From a virus: a DNA stretch of 64,000 nucleotides. Within the stretch, counting starts at the first letter, position 1, and each line of letters opens with the position of its first letter. Both the position numbers and the translations under genes were made by a program. Under the pieces are notes generated by a model. That model saw nothing but the letters and a program-made list of their open reading frames with translations. It searched no databases and was not told the origin of the DNA. The stretch lies in the IMG/VR virus record IMGVR_UViG_2974645756_000001, positions 58,062 to 122,061 of that record. One strand, given 5' to 3'. Below are positions 31,418 to 41,459 of the stretch, piece after piece.

Positions 31418-32998
31418 ATGCAACCAATATTATACTACATACAACAAAGGCATCGTGATAAGGCTATTATGGATATATCATCCATTGATGGTTTAGAAAT
31501 TAGAACATTAGATGAGTATCTAATGAGGTTTCCAATATGCAAAAAACTTGTATATGAGTATTTAAAGAAAACACCAGTTTCGGTAAATATTTCATACTTA
31601 CATAATTTATTTAAAAATCAGGAGTCCTTTGATTGGTATTTATCCGAGGCTATACAAAATGATAGTGTAGCCAAAAGGGTGGTTGATAAAATAGTATATG
31701 ACCCATACACATGGGATTATGGTATTAGGGATATTCAAAATACCATATTTGATAGTAAATACTTATTATTGGATATACATCGAAAGAGAGCGAAGAAGTG
31801 TGTTGATATTTATTTAAGGGCGCAAGCTACACACTATTCAGCACATATAACAAAACTTAGAGGATTTGATACTAAACAAAGGCATGATGAGTTTTTCAAA
31901 AAGCGAATGGATATAACAAGGGATATGTTTGAAAATTATATCTTAAAGGATGTTGATTTGCCTGAAAATTTATATGTAAATTATATGTTTGATTTTATTG
32001 AAATCTATGATTCAAAAACTCGAATTACATTTAGACATACAATAAAGTATGATATGGATAATGATATTAAATTGATTTATCATTTAAATTTAAAGGGTCA
32101 AAAAGATTCTGATGGTATGGTTCGTGCAAACCCAACAAAGAAATCAACAACCAAGGTTCGTGATGTCTTGAAGTTTATTAGAAGATATCCAGCAATATTT
32201 AAGATGTTAGATAATATTGATAATTACGGTAACAGGATTCTTAAATATCATTTGGATTTAAAACAGTTGAAAAAAGATTATGAATCAACATATGAACAGG
32301 CAGTTGCCAGCTTAACATCAATATTAGAGGAATTTAAGGGTGATGTTGGGTATTTAAATAAGTATTATTTGGGCATGTTATTTGTACACCCAAATTCCGT
32401 AGAGGCTAATTGGTTTAGAATTGGTAATAATGATTCATTAACATTAGTTAAGAAAACATATTATCAAGGTAAAGATGATGCAACCGATAATATAAAAGAT
32501 TGGATACCATCATTTATAAGAACTCAAAACTATAAATGTAAGTCTTTAGATGATATGGCAAGATACTTGATAGATTTAGGTTTTATGAATGTATATTACT
32601 TAGACCGTGAACCTGAAATGAATGAATACTTTTTACTATCCATGGGTAAAATAGACCATAGATATACAATGTTATTCCTAATGTCAACATGTAAAGAGGG
32701 TACTAGGATTCTAGAACCATATTTAAATAACCGTTCACAAAAAAGAGTTATAAAGGATTATGAGTCTATGTTGACTACTAATTCACCAGTTCCATACATA
32801 AAACCAAATGATGAGGACTTAAATAAAGGTAAATTTATGTCACGTATTGAATATGAATATAAGCAACATTGGCAACATGATTTTAAATTAAATAGAAATA
32901 GAAATCTAACATTAATTAAAAAATTAATGTTAGATTTTTCTAAGAAATATAACAAAGTATTGAACTTAGATAAAACTAAACAGAATGAAAAGAATTGA
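31418..32998 (+). CDS. hypothetical protein
   Basis: 526-aa intact ORF; no recognised motif. Confidence 0.75.
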   Translation: MQPILYYIQQRHRDKAIMDISSIDGLEIRTLDEYLMRFPICKKLVYEYLKKTPVSVNISYLHNLFKNQESFDWYLSEAIQNDSVAKRVVDKIVYDPYTWDYGIRDIQNTIFDSKYLLLDIHRKRAKKCVDIYLRAQATHYSAHITKLRGFDTKQRHDEFFKKRMDITRDMFENYILKDVDLPENLYVNYMFDFIEIYDSKTRITFRHTIKYDMDNDIKLIYHLNLKGQKDSDGMVRANPTKKSTTKVRDVLKFIRRYPAIFKMLDNIDNYGNRILKYHLDLKQLKKDYESTYEQAVASLTSILEEFKGDVGYLNKYYLGMLFVHPNSVEANWFRIGNNDSLTLVKKTYYQGKDDATDNIKDWIPSFIRTQNYKCKSLDDMARYLIDLGFMNVYYLDREPEMNEYFLLSMGKIDHRYTMLFLMSTCKEGTRILEPYLNNRSQKRVIKDYESMLTTNSPVPYIKPNDEDLNKGKFMSRIEYEYKQHWQHDFKLNRNRNLTLIKKLMLDFSKKYNKVLNLDKTKQNEKN

Positions 32999-33085
32999 AA
33001 AATAATAAATAAATTTCCATCACTTACAGAATCAGAAATTTATTTAATCCGATGCAATTCACATAAGTATTGTAAACCAAAAGAA

Positions 33086-33343
33086 TTGGAAGCAATATTA
33101 CACTATTATACTGTATTAGATATTAGTGGAAAAATCTGTAACATGGATGATGACTTGGTTAACAATATATTTATTGCTTGTGAACAATCCTTTAATGATT
33201 GTGAAGATGAAGTAAAACACGATACATTATTAACAAATGAAATTAAGACATGGTTAATAACTAACGGATATGATAATATTGTTTTAAATGTTGGTATGTT
33301 ACATTGGTTAACTGATTTGATAAATTCTAATATAGATTGTTAA
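33086..33343 (+). CDS. hypothetical protein (5' end probably lost to an indel)
   Basis: 85-aa ORF with a TTG start. Confidence 0.45.
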   Translation: MEAILHYYTVLDISGKICNMDDDLVNNIFIACEQSFNDCEDEVKHDTLLTNEIKTWLITNGYDNIVLNVGMLHWLTDLINSNIDC

Positions 33344-33347
33344 ATAC
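33336..33347 (+). promoter_or_regulatory. class II motif ATTGTTAAATAC
   Basis: 27 nt before ATG 33375. Confidence 0.45.
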
Positions 33348-33374
33348 TAAAAACAATTATACAAATATTAAACT

Positions 33375-33941
33375 ATGGCAGGAGGTCGCTCAATAACAGA
33401 AACACAAACAAATATACTTGGTCAATTTCAAAAAGTTCTAAGGTCACAAGTACATGATGACATTATAACACAATCAATAAGTCGTGGTAAGAAGAACATA
33501 AAACCTAAACAAGAGTCTGATGCTAGAACATTCGAAAGAATACAAACAAAACAAGCGTTAGAGGCTACAAAAAGACAAATGATTATAGACCAAACAGCAA
33601 TGGATAGAAATAGACATTCTCTATTAAATTCTGTACTTGATATTTTTGGTATTGAGTGGTTAAAAAACCAAACAATTGATGCTGAATTGATGGAAGAGTT
33701 TAAAGGAAAAACTTACACCATATATAATTCGGATAAATTGAAAGTTTATTTTGAAATTAAACAAATTTTAAAATACAATGTTAAGTGTTTTATTCATATT
33801 GAACAAAACAAAGAGATATTCGTAAAGGCTGATGACTTCGAAACAACTAGAAGAACCATAAAAGCTAATAAGGTAATTAATGATAGTTTAGAACTTAAAC
33901 CAGCATTGGGTGATATTTTTGAGTTCAGAAAACCTTACTAA
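33375..33941 (+). CDS. hypothetical protein
   Basis: 188-aa ORF. Confidence 0.65.
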   Translation: MAGGRSITETQTNILGQFQKVLRSQVHDDIITQSISRGKKNIKPKQESDARTFERIQTKQALEATKRQMIIDQTAMDRNRHSLLNSVLDIFGIEWLKNQTIDAELMEEFKGKTYTIYNSDKLKVYFEIKQILKYNVKCFIHIEQNKEIFVKADDFETTRRTIKANKVINDSLELKPALGDIFEFRKPY

Positions 33942-34283
33942 AACCATTTAATGAATTAATTAGTTCGTATGGTATTGAAGATGATAATGCACAGAAAGAA
34001 GATATTTGGAAATTTTAACATTTTTATGTTTGTAGTTAAAAAATAAGTTTTTATATTTGTATCGTGATTTACAGGGGAGTTAATCATGTTAATAAAATTA
34101 ATAACATAAAAGGGGTATAAAATTAAAACGATTAAATTATTTTAAAAAAGTTGGTGAGTTTTTAGCTGAATGTGGTAAAGGTGCTTTTTACGCACTTAGA
34201 AAATAAGTTAAAAATTACATAACAAAGATTAGAGCGCACCTTATACGGTGCGAATTTTTACACAGTAATATATTATTTATAAA

Positions 34284-36287
34284 ATGAAAGAAGATAACCA
34301 CCCAAACACAGCATCCGATATGGAAACTATGACCAATGAATTTGGTGTTCCTGAACAGGATGAAAAACTTGGAAAATTGAAAACCGATGTTTCGGAATCA
34401 AGAACTGTTAGTTCATATTCTCGTGAAGAGTTTATAACAGCATTTAAGAAGACTGTTGCATTTTTTAAAAATATCGAGGGTATTGATATTAATAGGATGC
34501 GAACACAATTCGAATATGTTAAAAGAACCGTAGATGCATTTGGTGATGGTAGAGAAAGTGTAATTTTCATAGCACCAACTGGATTTGGTAAGTCTTTCTA
34601 TGCGTATGCAATAACAAAGTTATTTGAGTTTTTAGATTCAGGTAATAGTTCATATATACTTACACCAAATAAGTTCCTACAGGAGCAATATGAAAAGGAT
34701 ATAAAAGGATTTGACCTAAGTACATACAAAATGTTAAAGGGTCAAGCAAACTATACATGTACGGTAAATAAAAAACCGTTTACAGAACGTGAGTGTGGTG
34801 ATGATTCAGTTTCCAATGTTATTAATAGTGGGAAGTGGAAAGGTTGTGTAGGAATATGCCCATACATCCAAGAAAGAATTAAAGCAATTAGAGCAAAGAC
34901 AACTGTATTTAACTATAACTATTGGTTAACAACATTAAATAACGTATATCCAATATTAGGTGATAGTTCGCCATTTAAACCAAGGACATTAACAATATTT
35001 GATGAAACACATACATTAGGTAACATTGTTCAGGATATGTTTGCTGTTGAGTTTAGTTTGAATAGTATCATTAGACGTTCACGTGCATTCTCACAAATGT
35101 TAATTAACCAAAGTGGATGTGAACTAAATATTGTTGATGAACTGAATATGATTGTTGATGCATTCGAAAGTATTAATTCAAACATTGATGCTAATGAATA
35201 TGTGTATGAAAAATTAATGCAATTATATAAAGGACTTACATCACTATTTAAAAAGTATGATACTGAATTGGGTAGACTTTTAGATAAGTTACCAACGGAT
35301 TTAGATGATAAACCTATACTACAAGACGTACACAAAGACTTAATTAAGTTTAATGAAACTATTATAGAGTGGAATGATAAACTTGGACAGTTAATTGATG
35401 TTTATGCTAAATTTGGTAAAGAAACCATTGTAGCATCAATTGAAGAAATTACAGATGATAAAGTTAAAGTGATACCTGAGTTTGGTTCTATATCTAAGAC
35501 TAGATTAAAGTTACAATGTACTAATGAAAGTGAGTTATGTAAAATGGCTGTACACGAAAAATCAGACTATAAAGTTTTCATGTCCGCTACATTAGGTGAT
35601 ATGGATGCATATGCTGAACAAACAGGTATTAAAAACTATGCTAAATTAGAAGTGCCACAGATATTCAATTACGACAAATCACCAATATATAGTGTTACAC
35701 CAATGCTATCTATGAACTATAGAAATAAGGCACAGAACAAACCTGCTATGGTTCAAAGAATCCTCAAAATTATTGACCATCACGAGGGTCAACGTGGATT
35801 AATCCACACAGGCAATTTTGAGTTGATGAGGGCGTTACAAGAAACTGGACACCCTAGAATAATTACATACACCAATTCGGATGAGAAATCAAAGATTTTA
35901 GATATCTTAAAGAATAGTGAAGATTGTGTAATTGCCGGGCCAAGTCTCGTAGAAGGTGTTGACCTTAAAGATGACCTATGTAGATTCATGGTGTTTATGA
36001 AAGTTCCGTTCCTTTCAATGGGTGATAGACTTACTAAAAAGAAAATGGAAATTTATCGTAAGTGGTATGGGTGGAATGCGATGTCAAATGTATTACAAGG
36101 ACTTGGACGTGGTATTCGTAATGATAAAGATTGGTGTGTTTCATATTTACTAGACTCATCATTTCAATCATTTTTCCATAATAACCCAGCACCTAAATGG
36201 GTTGAGGATAGATTTAAATTAATGGAATCAACAAATATTGGTGTTGAGTATGACCCTGATGCAGAATTTGATAATATAGAATGGTAA
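34284..36287 (+). CDS. dinG: DinG/XPD-family Fe-S DNA helicase
   Basis: APTGFGKS, four-Cys cluster region, DETH, MSATL, LIHT, EGVDLKDDLCRF, KVPF, QGLGRGIR..D, LLDS. Confidence 0.9.
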   Translation: MKEDNHPNTASDMETMTNEFGVPEQDEKLGKLKTDVSESRTVSSYSREEFITAFKKTVAFFKNIEGIDINRMRTQFEYVKRTVDAFGDGRESVIFIAPTGFGKSFYAYAITKLFEFLDSGNSSYILTPNKFLQEQYEKDIKGFDLSTYKMLKGQANYTCTVNKKPFTERECGDDSVSNVINSGKWKGCVGICPYIQERIKAIRAKTTVFNYNYWLTTLNNVYPILGDSSPFKPRTLTIFDETHTLGNIVQDMFAVEFSLNSIIRRSRAFSQMLINQSGCELNIVDELNMIVDAFESINSNIDANEYVYEKLMQLYKGLTSLFKKYDTELGRLLDKLPTDLDDKPILQDVHKDLIKFNETIIEWNDKLGQLIDVYAKFGKETIVASIEEITDDKVKVIPEFGSISKTRLKLQCTNESELCKMAVHEKSDYKVFMSATLGDMDAYAEQTGIKNYAKLEVPQIFNYDKSPIYSVTPMLSMNYRNKAQNKPAMVQRILKIIDHHEGQRGLIHTGNFELMRALQETGHPRIITYTNSDEKSKILDILKNSEDCVIAGPSLVEGVDLKDDLCRFMVFMKVPFLSMGDRLTKKKMEIYRKWYGWNAMSNVLQGLGRGIRNDKDWCVSYLLDSSFQSFFHNNPAPKWVEDRFKLMESTNIGVEYDPDAEFDNIEW

Positions 36288-36538
36288 AAAATCGGAAACA
36301 CGTTTTGTGTTTCCAATTTTTTGTTTATATTTGCAATAAATAATCCTATTATGAAGAAAAAAATATACAGAATAATAAAATTAGGTGACTGCTGGCACTT
36401 ACAGGAAAGTAATTTCAGAAAACCATTTTATAAGAAGCGTAAGTGGTTAACAGTCTTCCCATATTCACGTAACCGTGATGATGTTGTTGATTTATTTTCA
36501 GATATATTAAAGATTAATAAAAATTCAATTTTAATATA

Positions 36539-36829
36539 ATGGAAGATAATAAATATTACTATCAATACTTTACGTTAGACTTTGATAAAATATCAAAGGC
36601 TGAACTAGGACATTGTATTAGTATTTTATTTTATAGTGAAGAACACTCAGAGTTATATGCCCAAGAAATTTCATATCATATTCTTGGTAACTATATAATG
36701 TGGTCTGATGGTTCAACAACATTATATTTCACTAAAAAATATTTAAGAATAAATGGTCATAATTTTTTCTCTAATAGTGATATTGGATTAATGTTTTCAA
36801 AAATTAAAAATTATATATATGCGAAATAA
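36539..36829 (+). CDS. hypothetical protein
   Basis: 96-aa ORF. Confidence 0.55.
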   Translation: MEDNKYYYQYFTLDFDKISKAELGHCISILFYSEEHSELYAQEISYHILGNYIMWSDGSTTLYFTKKYLRINGHNFFSNSDIGLMFSKIKNYIYAK

Positions 36830-37451
36830 AAAATACAGACGTAAATCATACATCTTATTCCCACACAAAGATGCTAAATTTAAGCAACGAAAATTCAATA
36901 AACTAACAGACCTAAAGAAATACTTATTCAAGCAAGGTTTCGATGCACTAGGTGCTGAAATTTCAATATCTAAGAAAGACTATTCATCATCTTGTTTTGG
37001 TGGTGTTGATATGTACTGTTGGGTTGACCGTATTGGTAAACTAAAACTATTCAAAGCCAATGGTAGAGGTTCTAAAATGAAAAAGTTTGGTAAGGTCAGT
37101 AAAGCAGATAAGAAGTATTATGCATTCTTTGATAAGTTTATGAAAATTATGTGTAAACCTGATGAAGAGGTTGCCACGGATAGAAATTTACTTAAATTAC
37201 TTGTTTGTATGAAACGAATGGGGTTTGTATCAAAAGAAATCAATTCTGATGATGATATGTTCGATTATTATACAAACGTAATGGATTCATACACAATTGA
37301 TGAATTAGCTGTAGAAAACTTCGGTTATTGGTCAGACCGTTGTGGATATTTTAGAAAACAGATTATAGTTGATATGATTGTTCGTGATAGACCTCACATA
37401 GTTGAGCAATTTAATGAAGTTGTTAATAGTAAACGTAGGTTTAGGTTATAA
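36819..37451 (+). CDS. hypothetical protein
   Basis: 210-aa basic ORF followed by the AAGGGTGC-TAC-GCACCCTT hairpin. Confidence 0.65.
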   Translation: MRNKKYRRKSYILFPHKDAKFKQRKFNKLTDLKKYLFKQGFDALGAEISISKKDYSSSCFGGVDMYCWVDRIGKLKLFKANGRGSKMKKFGKVSKADKKYYAFFDKFMKIMCKPDEEVATDRNLLKLLVCMKRMGFVSKEINSDDDMFDYYTNVMDSYTIDELAVENFGYWSDRCGYFRKQIIVDMIVRDRPHIVEQFNEVVNSKRRFRL

Positions 37452-38002
37452 GGGTGCTACGCACCCTTTATGAGTGTTCAGGTACGATATTTAAGACACT
37501 TTTATTATAAAAAGGTATTAGGAGTCCAATTGAATATTTTAAAAGCTAATAATCACACACATATGTTAAATTAATGTTAACATGAAAATTTATTTTGCAT
37601 ATTAAAAATAATGTTGTATATTTACAAAGTAAAAATGATTAAGCAATGGCAACAATTAAAAGACATTAGAATTTAACAATTTAGAAGAGTTCAAAAACAT
37701 AGTTCAGAACATAGAAATTAATGAGGGTGATATAATCACTTGTAAGTTACCTAAAGGTTGTTACTATGAGCAACTAATATTAGAACATGAACACCAACAC
37801 AATTTAATGCTAGTGATGATGGTTATTGTTGGTCATTAAAAGATAACTGGCATAGAACACGTAGTGTACACACGAATTACCCAATGAAAGATACTAACTA
37901 TGTTAAGATGTTCAAAACAAAAGGTGGTGCTATAAGAAGACTGTTTAAATTTCTTTCATGGCATGAAAACAATAATGTAAACAAATTCATAATTTAATTA
38001 AG

Positions 38003-38638
38003 ATGAAAACATATATTTTAGTAAAAAATAAGAAATCAGGGTTATTAGGTATTTTTGAGAAAACTACCGTTGATATTTCAAACAATGATTTTGAAGTATT
38101 TGGTGAGGTAACCAAAGATAATTTTACAATCTATTCTGCATATCTAGACATTGATTCAGTATTAGGTAATAAGATTAAAAGTCAATCATACCTTAGGGAA
38201 CTGTGTTCCGAAATTGAAGAACAAAAAAATATTGAAGAATGTCATAGATTGTTCAAGTTAACAGAAAAATATACACCACTAGTTGATGCTATATTTAAGA
38301 ATGTTAATAATACTGATGATGGTAATTACCGAATTGGGTTAAATGAAGTTGACTGTGATTCTAAATATGGTATTAGATTTGATATTTGCGTTGGTACGGA
38401 AAATACAACACCAATATCATTTATTTACTCGGTTGAATTAAAAAATGGTCATGTAACAAAGCATCCATTTTATCTTTGTGATGATTACCATTTTGAAATT
38501 ATTGATGGGTTATTAGGTATAAATACTGTTGAGCCAGCAGATGATAACTTCAATAACTGTATAAAGTCTTTGATTAAAAACAAAAACAAGATAAAGGATT
38601 TGCTATCTAGTGCAGTAAAAGAGTTTTTCAATGGATAA
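38003..38638 (+). CDS. hypothetical protein
   Basis: 211-aa ORF. Confidence 0.65.
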   Translation: MKTYILVKNKKSGLLGIFEKTTVDISNNDFEVFGEVTKDNFTIYSAYLDIDSVLGNKIKSQSYLRELCSEIEEQKNIEECHRLFKLTEKYTPLVDAIFKNVNNTDDGNYRIGLNEVDCDSKYGIRFDICVGTENTTPISFIYSVELKNGHVTKHPFYLCDDYHFEIIDGLLGINTVEPADDNFNNCIKSLIKNKNKIKDLLSSAVKEFFNG

Positions 38639-38960
38639 GAAAATATACGATACAATTAGAAGAGAATTAAAACGAAATAATCCTGATTTATTATTGCGTG
38701 ATGTTCCATCAGCAGATGATATTTCAATTGATGAGATTGCTCAGAAGTTCCAAACACATTTAATTAATGTTGGTGATACACTTAGTATTGTTAGTGATGC
38801 TAGTCTTTATATTTCAAAATCATATGCAAATGGGATAATAACACTTAGTAAGTATGTTAGTGTTATTCGTAGTTTCTTCAATGATGTAACAAAAGCTAGA
38901 AATAGTGATGATATATATGATGCATGTATTAGACATTTAATTTTAGCAACATATCATTAA
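38631..38960 (+). CDS. hypothetical protein
   Basis: 109-aa ORF. Confidence 0.6.
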   Translation: MDKKIYDTIRRELKRNNPDLLLRDVPSADDISIDEIAQKFQTHLINVGDTLSIVSDASLYISKSYANGIITLSKYVSVIRSFFNDVTKARNSDDIYDACIRHLILATYH

Positions 38961-39013
38961 AAATAAATTGGAAATCCTTTGTGGTTTCCAATTTATTATT
39001 TTATATTTGCAGT

Positions 39014-39250
39014 ATGAAAAACAGAACTAAAAGAATTATATTATTCATCGTACTATTAATCACATACCTATCAGGTGTGTGGTTTGGTAACGATAATAGG
39101 TACTATTACTTATTAATGTTACCTCTACCGATATTCGCAATATTCCTTAGATATGTTGATACATTAAAAGGAACTTTAACGGAATTTGATATTTTAAAAA
39201 TGTCATGGAAAGATAGATTAAAAATTTGGTTAATAAAGGTATTAGGATGA
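39014..39250 (+). CDS. small membrane protein
   Basis: two hydrophobic helices; ATG 4 nt after TATATTTG (39002..39009). Confidence 0.6.
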   Translation: MKNRTKRIILFIVLLITYLSGVWFGNDNRYYYLLMLPLPIFAIFLRYVDTLKGTLTEFDILKMSWKDRLKIWLIKVLG

Positions 39251-39621
39251 TAGATTTATATAAAAAGACATTAAAGGCTTATGATAGCCATGGAACTATT
39301 ATTGTTGGTGTTGAATTTGATGATACGGTATTCCCATACACACCATCAACAAAGGAACGATGTGAAATTGTCGTTGAACAGTTAAAGAAACTAAAAAATA
39401 ACTATAATGTTACTTTATGTTTGTTTACCGTTTCGGACAAATCTTCGTTAAAGTATAAGGAACATATAATGGACTTATACGGTATTAAACCTGATTTTAT
39501 TAATGAATCACCTATAAAAAATTGGGTTATTTGTCCATCAACATACTTTAATATCTATATTGATGATAAGAGTGGTATAGACGAAATGATTCACCTTTTA
39601 AAAATGTTAAATAACAAATAA
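39247..39621 (+). CDS. HAD-superfamily phosphatase-like protein
   Basis: GVEFDDTV (DxD-like, with E in the first position), LFT, YIDDK. Confidence 0.65.
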   Translation: MIDLYKKTLKAYDSHGTIIVGVEFDDTVFPYTPSTKERCEIVVEQLKKLKNNYNVTLCLFTVSDKSSLKYKEHIMDLYGIKPDFINESPIKNWVICPSTYFNIYIDDKSGIDEMIHLLKMLNNK

Positions 39622-39624
39622 ATT

Positions 39625-41142
39625 ATGCAGAAATTAGACAAAGCATTTAGATTAAATTCAGCTTATTATTCAGATGGATATAAGATTGGACATAAACAAA
39701 TGTTAGCACCAAACACAGACTTTTTATATGGAACATGGATTCCACGTTCTGTTAAATATGCACCAAAGGGTGTTAGTAAAGTTGTATCAGCAGGACATCA
39801 GTTTGCATGGCGTTGGTTACACTCAGAGTATCAAGAAAACTTCTTTAATACACCAGTAGAGGATGCAATTAAATTTGTTGAAGATTTAAACATGTACTTA
39901 AACTTACCTTATAATGGTGAACACTTTATTGAGTTACATAAATTAGGGTACTTACCAATTAGAGTAAAGGCATTAAAAGAGGGTGTTGAGACAAATCCAA
40001 ACATCCCACACCAAACATTTGTTAATACAAAGGCTGGTTTTGCATGGTTAACTTTATACTTAGAAACAATTGTATCAGCATTATCATGGAGATTTTCAAC
40101 ATCAGCTACTATTGCATTACAATATAAAAGAAATGCATTAAAAGCGTTCAACGAAACTTGTAAAGAGGCGTTACCAGTATTACCATATCATTGTCACGAT
40201 TTTTCAGCAAGAGGTTTAGACCCATTTACAATGATGGCAAGTGGTTTAGGTTTTGCAACATCATTTAGAGGTTCTGATACATTAGCTGTTATACCAAGTG
40301 CTAGATACTTCTATGATGAACCTGAAAATGAAGTTGTAATTAATTCTGTAAATGCATCAGAGCATAGTGTATCAACAACAAAAATCTTTACTGTTGGTGA
40401 AAAGCAAATGATTATTGATTGGTGTAAAGAGTTTCCTACAGGAATCTTATCAATTGTAGCAGATACTTTTGATTTATTCAAATTAATTACAGAGTACTTA
40501 ACAGACCCTGTTGTTAAACAAGCTATTTTATACCGTGATGGAACAGTTGTAATTCGTCCTGATAGTGGTGACCCTGTTGATATTGTATGTGGTAAGAATA
40601 CTGGTAGATTAGCAGGAATGTATGGTGAAGCACAAAGAGATTTCCCTGATTTAAAAGGTGTTGTTGAATTACTTGGTGACATCTTTGGAACAACTACAAA
40701 CGAACAAGGTTATAAAGTATTAAATCCTAAAATTGGTTGTATCTACGGTAATACTATCACCGTAGATAGACAAACAGCAATCTACGAAAGATTAAAATCT
40801 AAAGGGTATGCATCTTGTAATATTGTTTTCGGTGTTGGTTCTTTCACATTAGGATACCAAACTAGAGATAGTTTAGGGTTTGCTTGCAAAGGTTCATGGT
40901 TTGAGTGTGATGGTAAAGGTCATAGTATTTACAAAGACCCAGCTACCGATGATGGTACTAAAAAATCATTAAAGGGTAAAGTTGCTGTTCATTATTCATA
41001 TGCTGATGGATATGTTGTACAAACAGAATGTACAGATGCGGAAGAACAAAAAGGTGAATTACAAGTTATTTACGAGGATGGTAAATTCTTCAACCAAACA
41101 ACTTTAACAGAAATTAGAGAAAATATTGATAATATTTTATAA
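39625..41142 (+). CDS. nadV: nicotinamide phosphoribosyltransferase
   Basis: DGYKIGH, HDFSARG, GSDT, ASEHSV, SIVADTFD, IRPDSGDP, GVGS, KDPATDDGTKKSLKG. Confidence 0.92.
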   Translation: MQKLDKAFRLNSAYYSDGYKIGHKQMLAPNTDFLYGTWIPRSVKYAPKGVSKVVSAGHQFAWRWLHSEYQENFFNTPVEDAIKFVEDLNMYLNLPYNGEHFIELHKLGYLPIRVKALKEGVETNPNIPHQTFVNTKAGFAWLTLYLETIVSALSWRFSTSATIALQYKRNALKAFNETCKEALPVLPYHCHDFSARGLDPFTMMASGLGFATSFRGSDTLAVIPSARYFYDEPENEVVINSVNASEHSVSTTKIFTVGEKQMIIDWCKEFPTGILSIVADTFDLFKLITEYLTDPVVKQAILYRDGTVVIRPDSGDPVDIVCGKNTGRLAGMYGEAQRDFPDLKGVVELLGDIFGTTTNEQGYKVLNPKIGCIYGNTITVDRQTAIYERLKSKGYASCNIVFGVGSFTLGYQTRDSLGFACKGSWFECDGKGHSIYKDPATDDGTKKSLKGKVAVHYSYADGYVVQTECTDAEEQKGELQVIYEDGKFFNQTTLTEIRENIDNIL

Positions 41143-41459
41143 AATATTTTTGTAATTCAAAAACTATTTGTATATTTGAACTCAATAGTTAAATAATTAA
41201 AAACACAAGTATTATGAAATAGTTTTTAAAGTTACATAAAAAATGAAAAAAACCTTTGACATGTCGCAAAGGTTTTTTTATATTTGTCGTATAAAAGAGA
41301 TAATCATGTTAAGTAAACTATTCAAATTATTTTATCCAACTAAGTTACGTAATCGAGAACAACAAATAATGTACTACGCTAGTAAAGAAATTGAAGCTGA
41401 CTTAAATGGTAAAAAGAAAGAATCTAAGCACTACGAAAACAAACTAAAGACTATCTAAT

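Noticed and set aside
39247-41142. Calling the NAMPT locus NARP1 or NARP2
   Set aside because: Neither an Adps (PRPP-synthetase-like) nor an Nmnat gene is visible in the window
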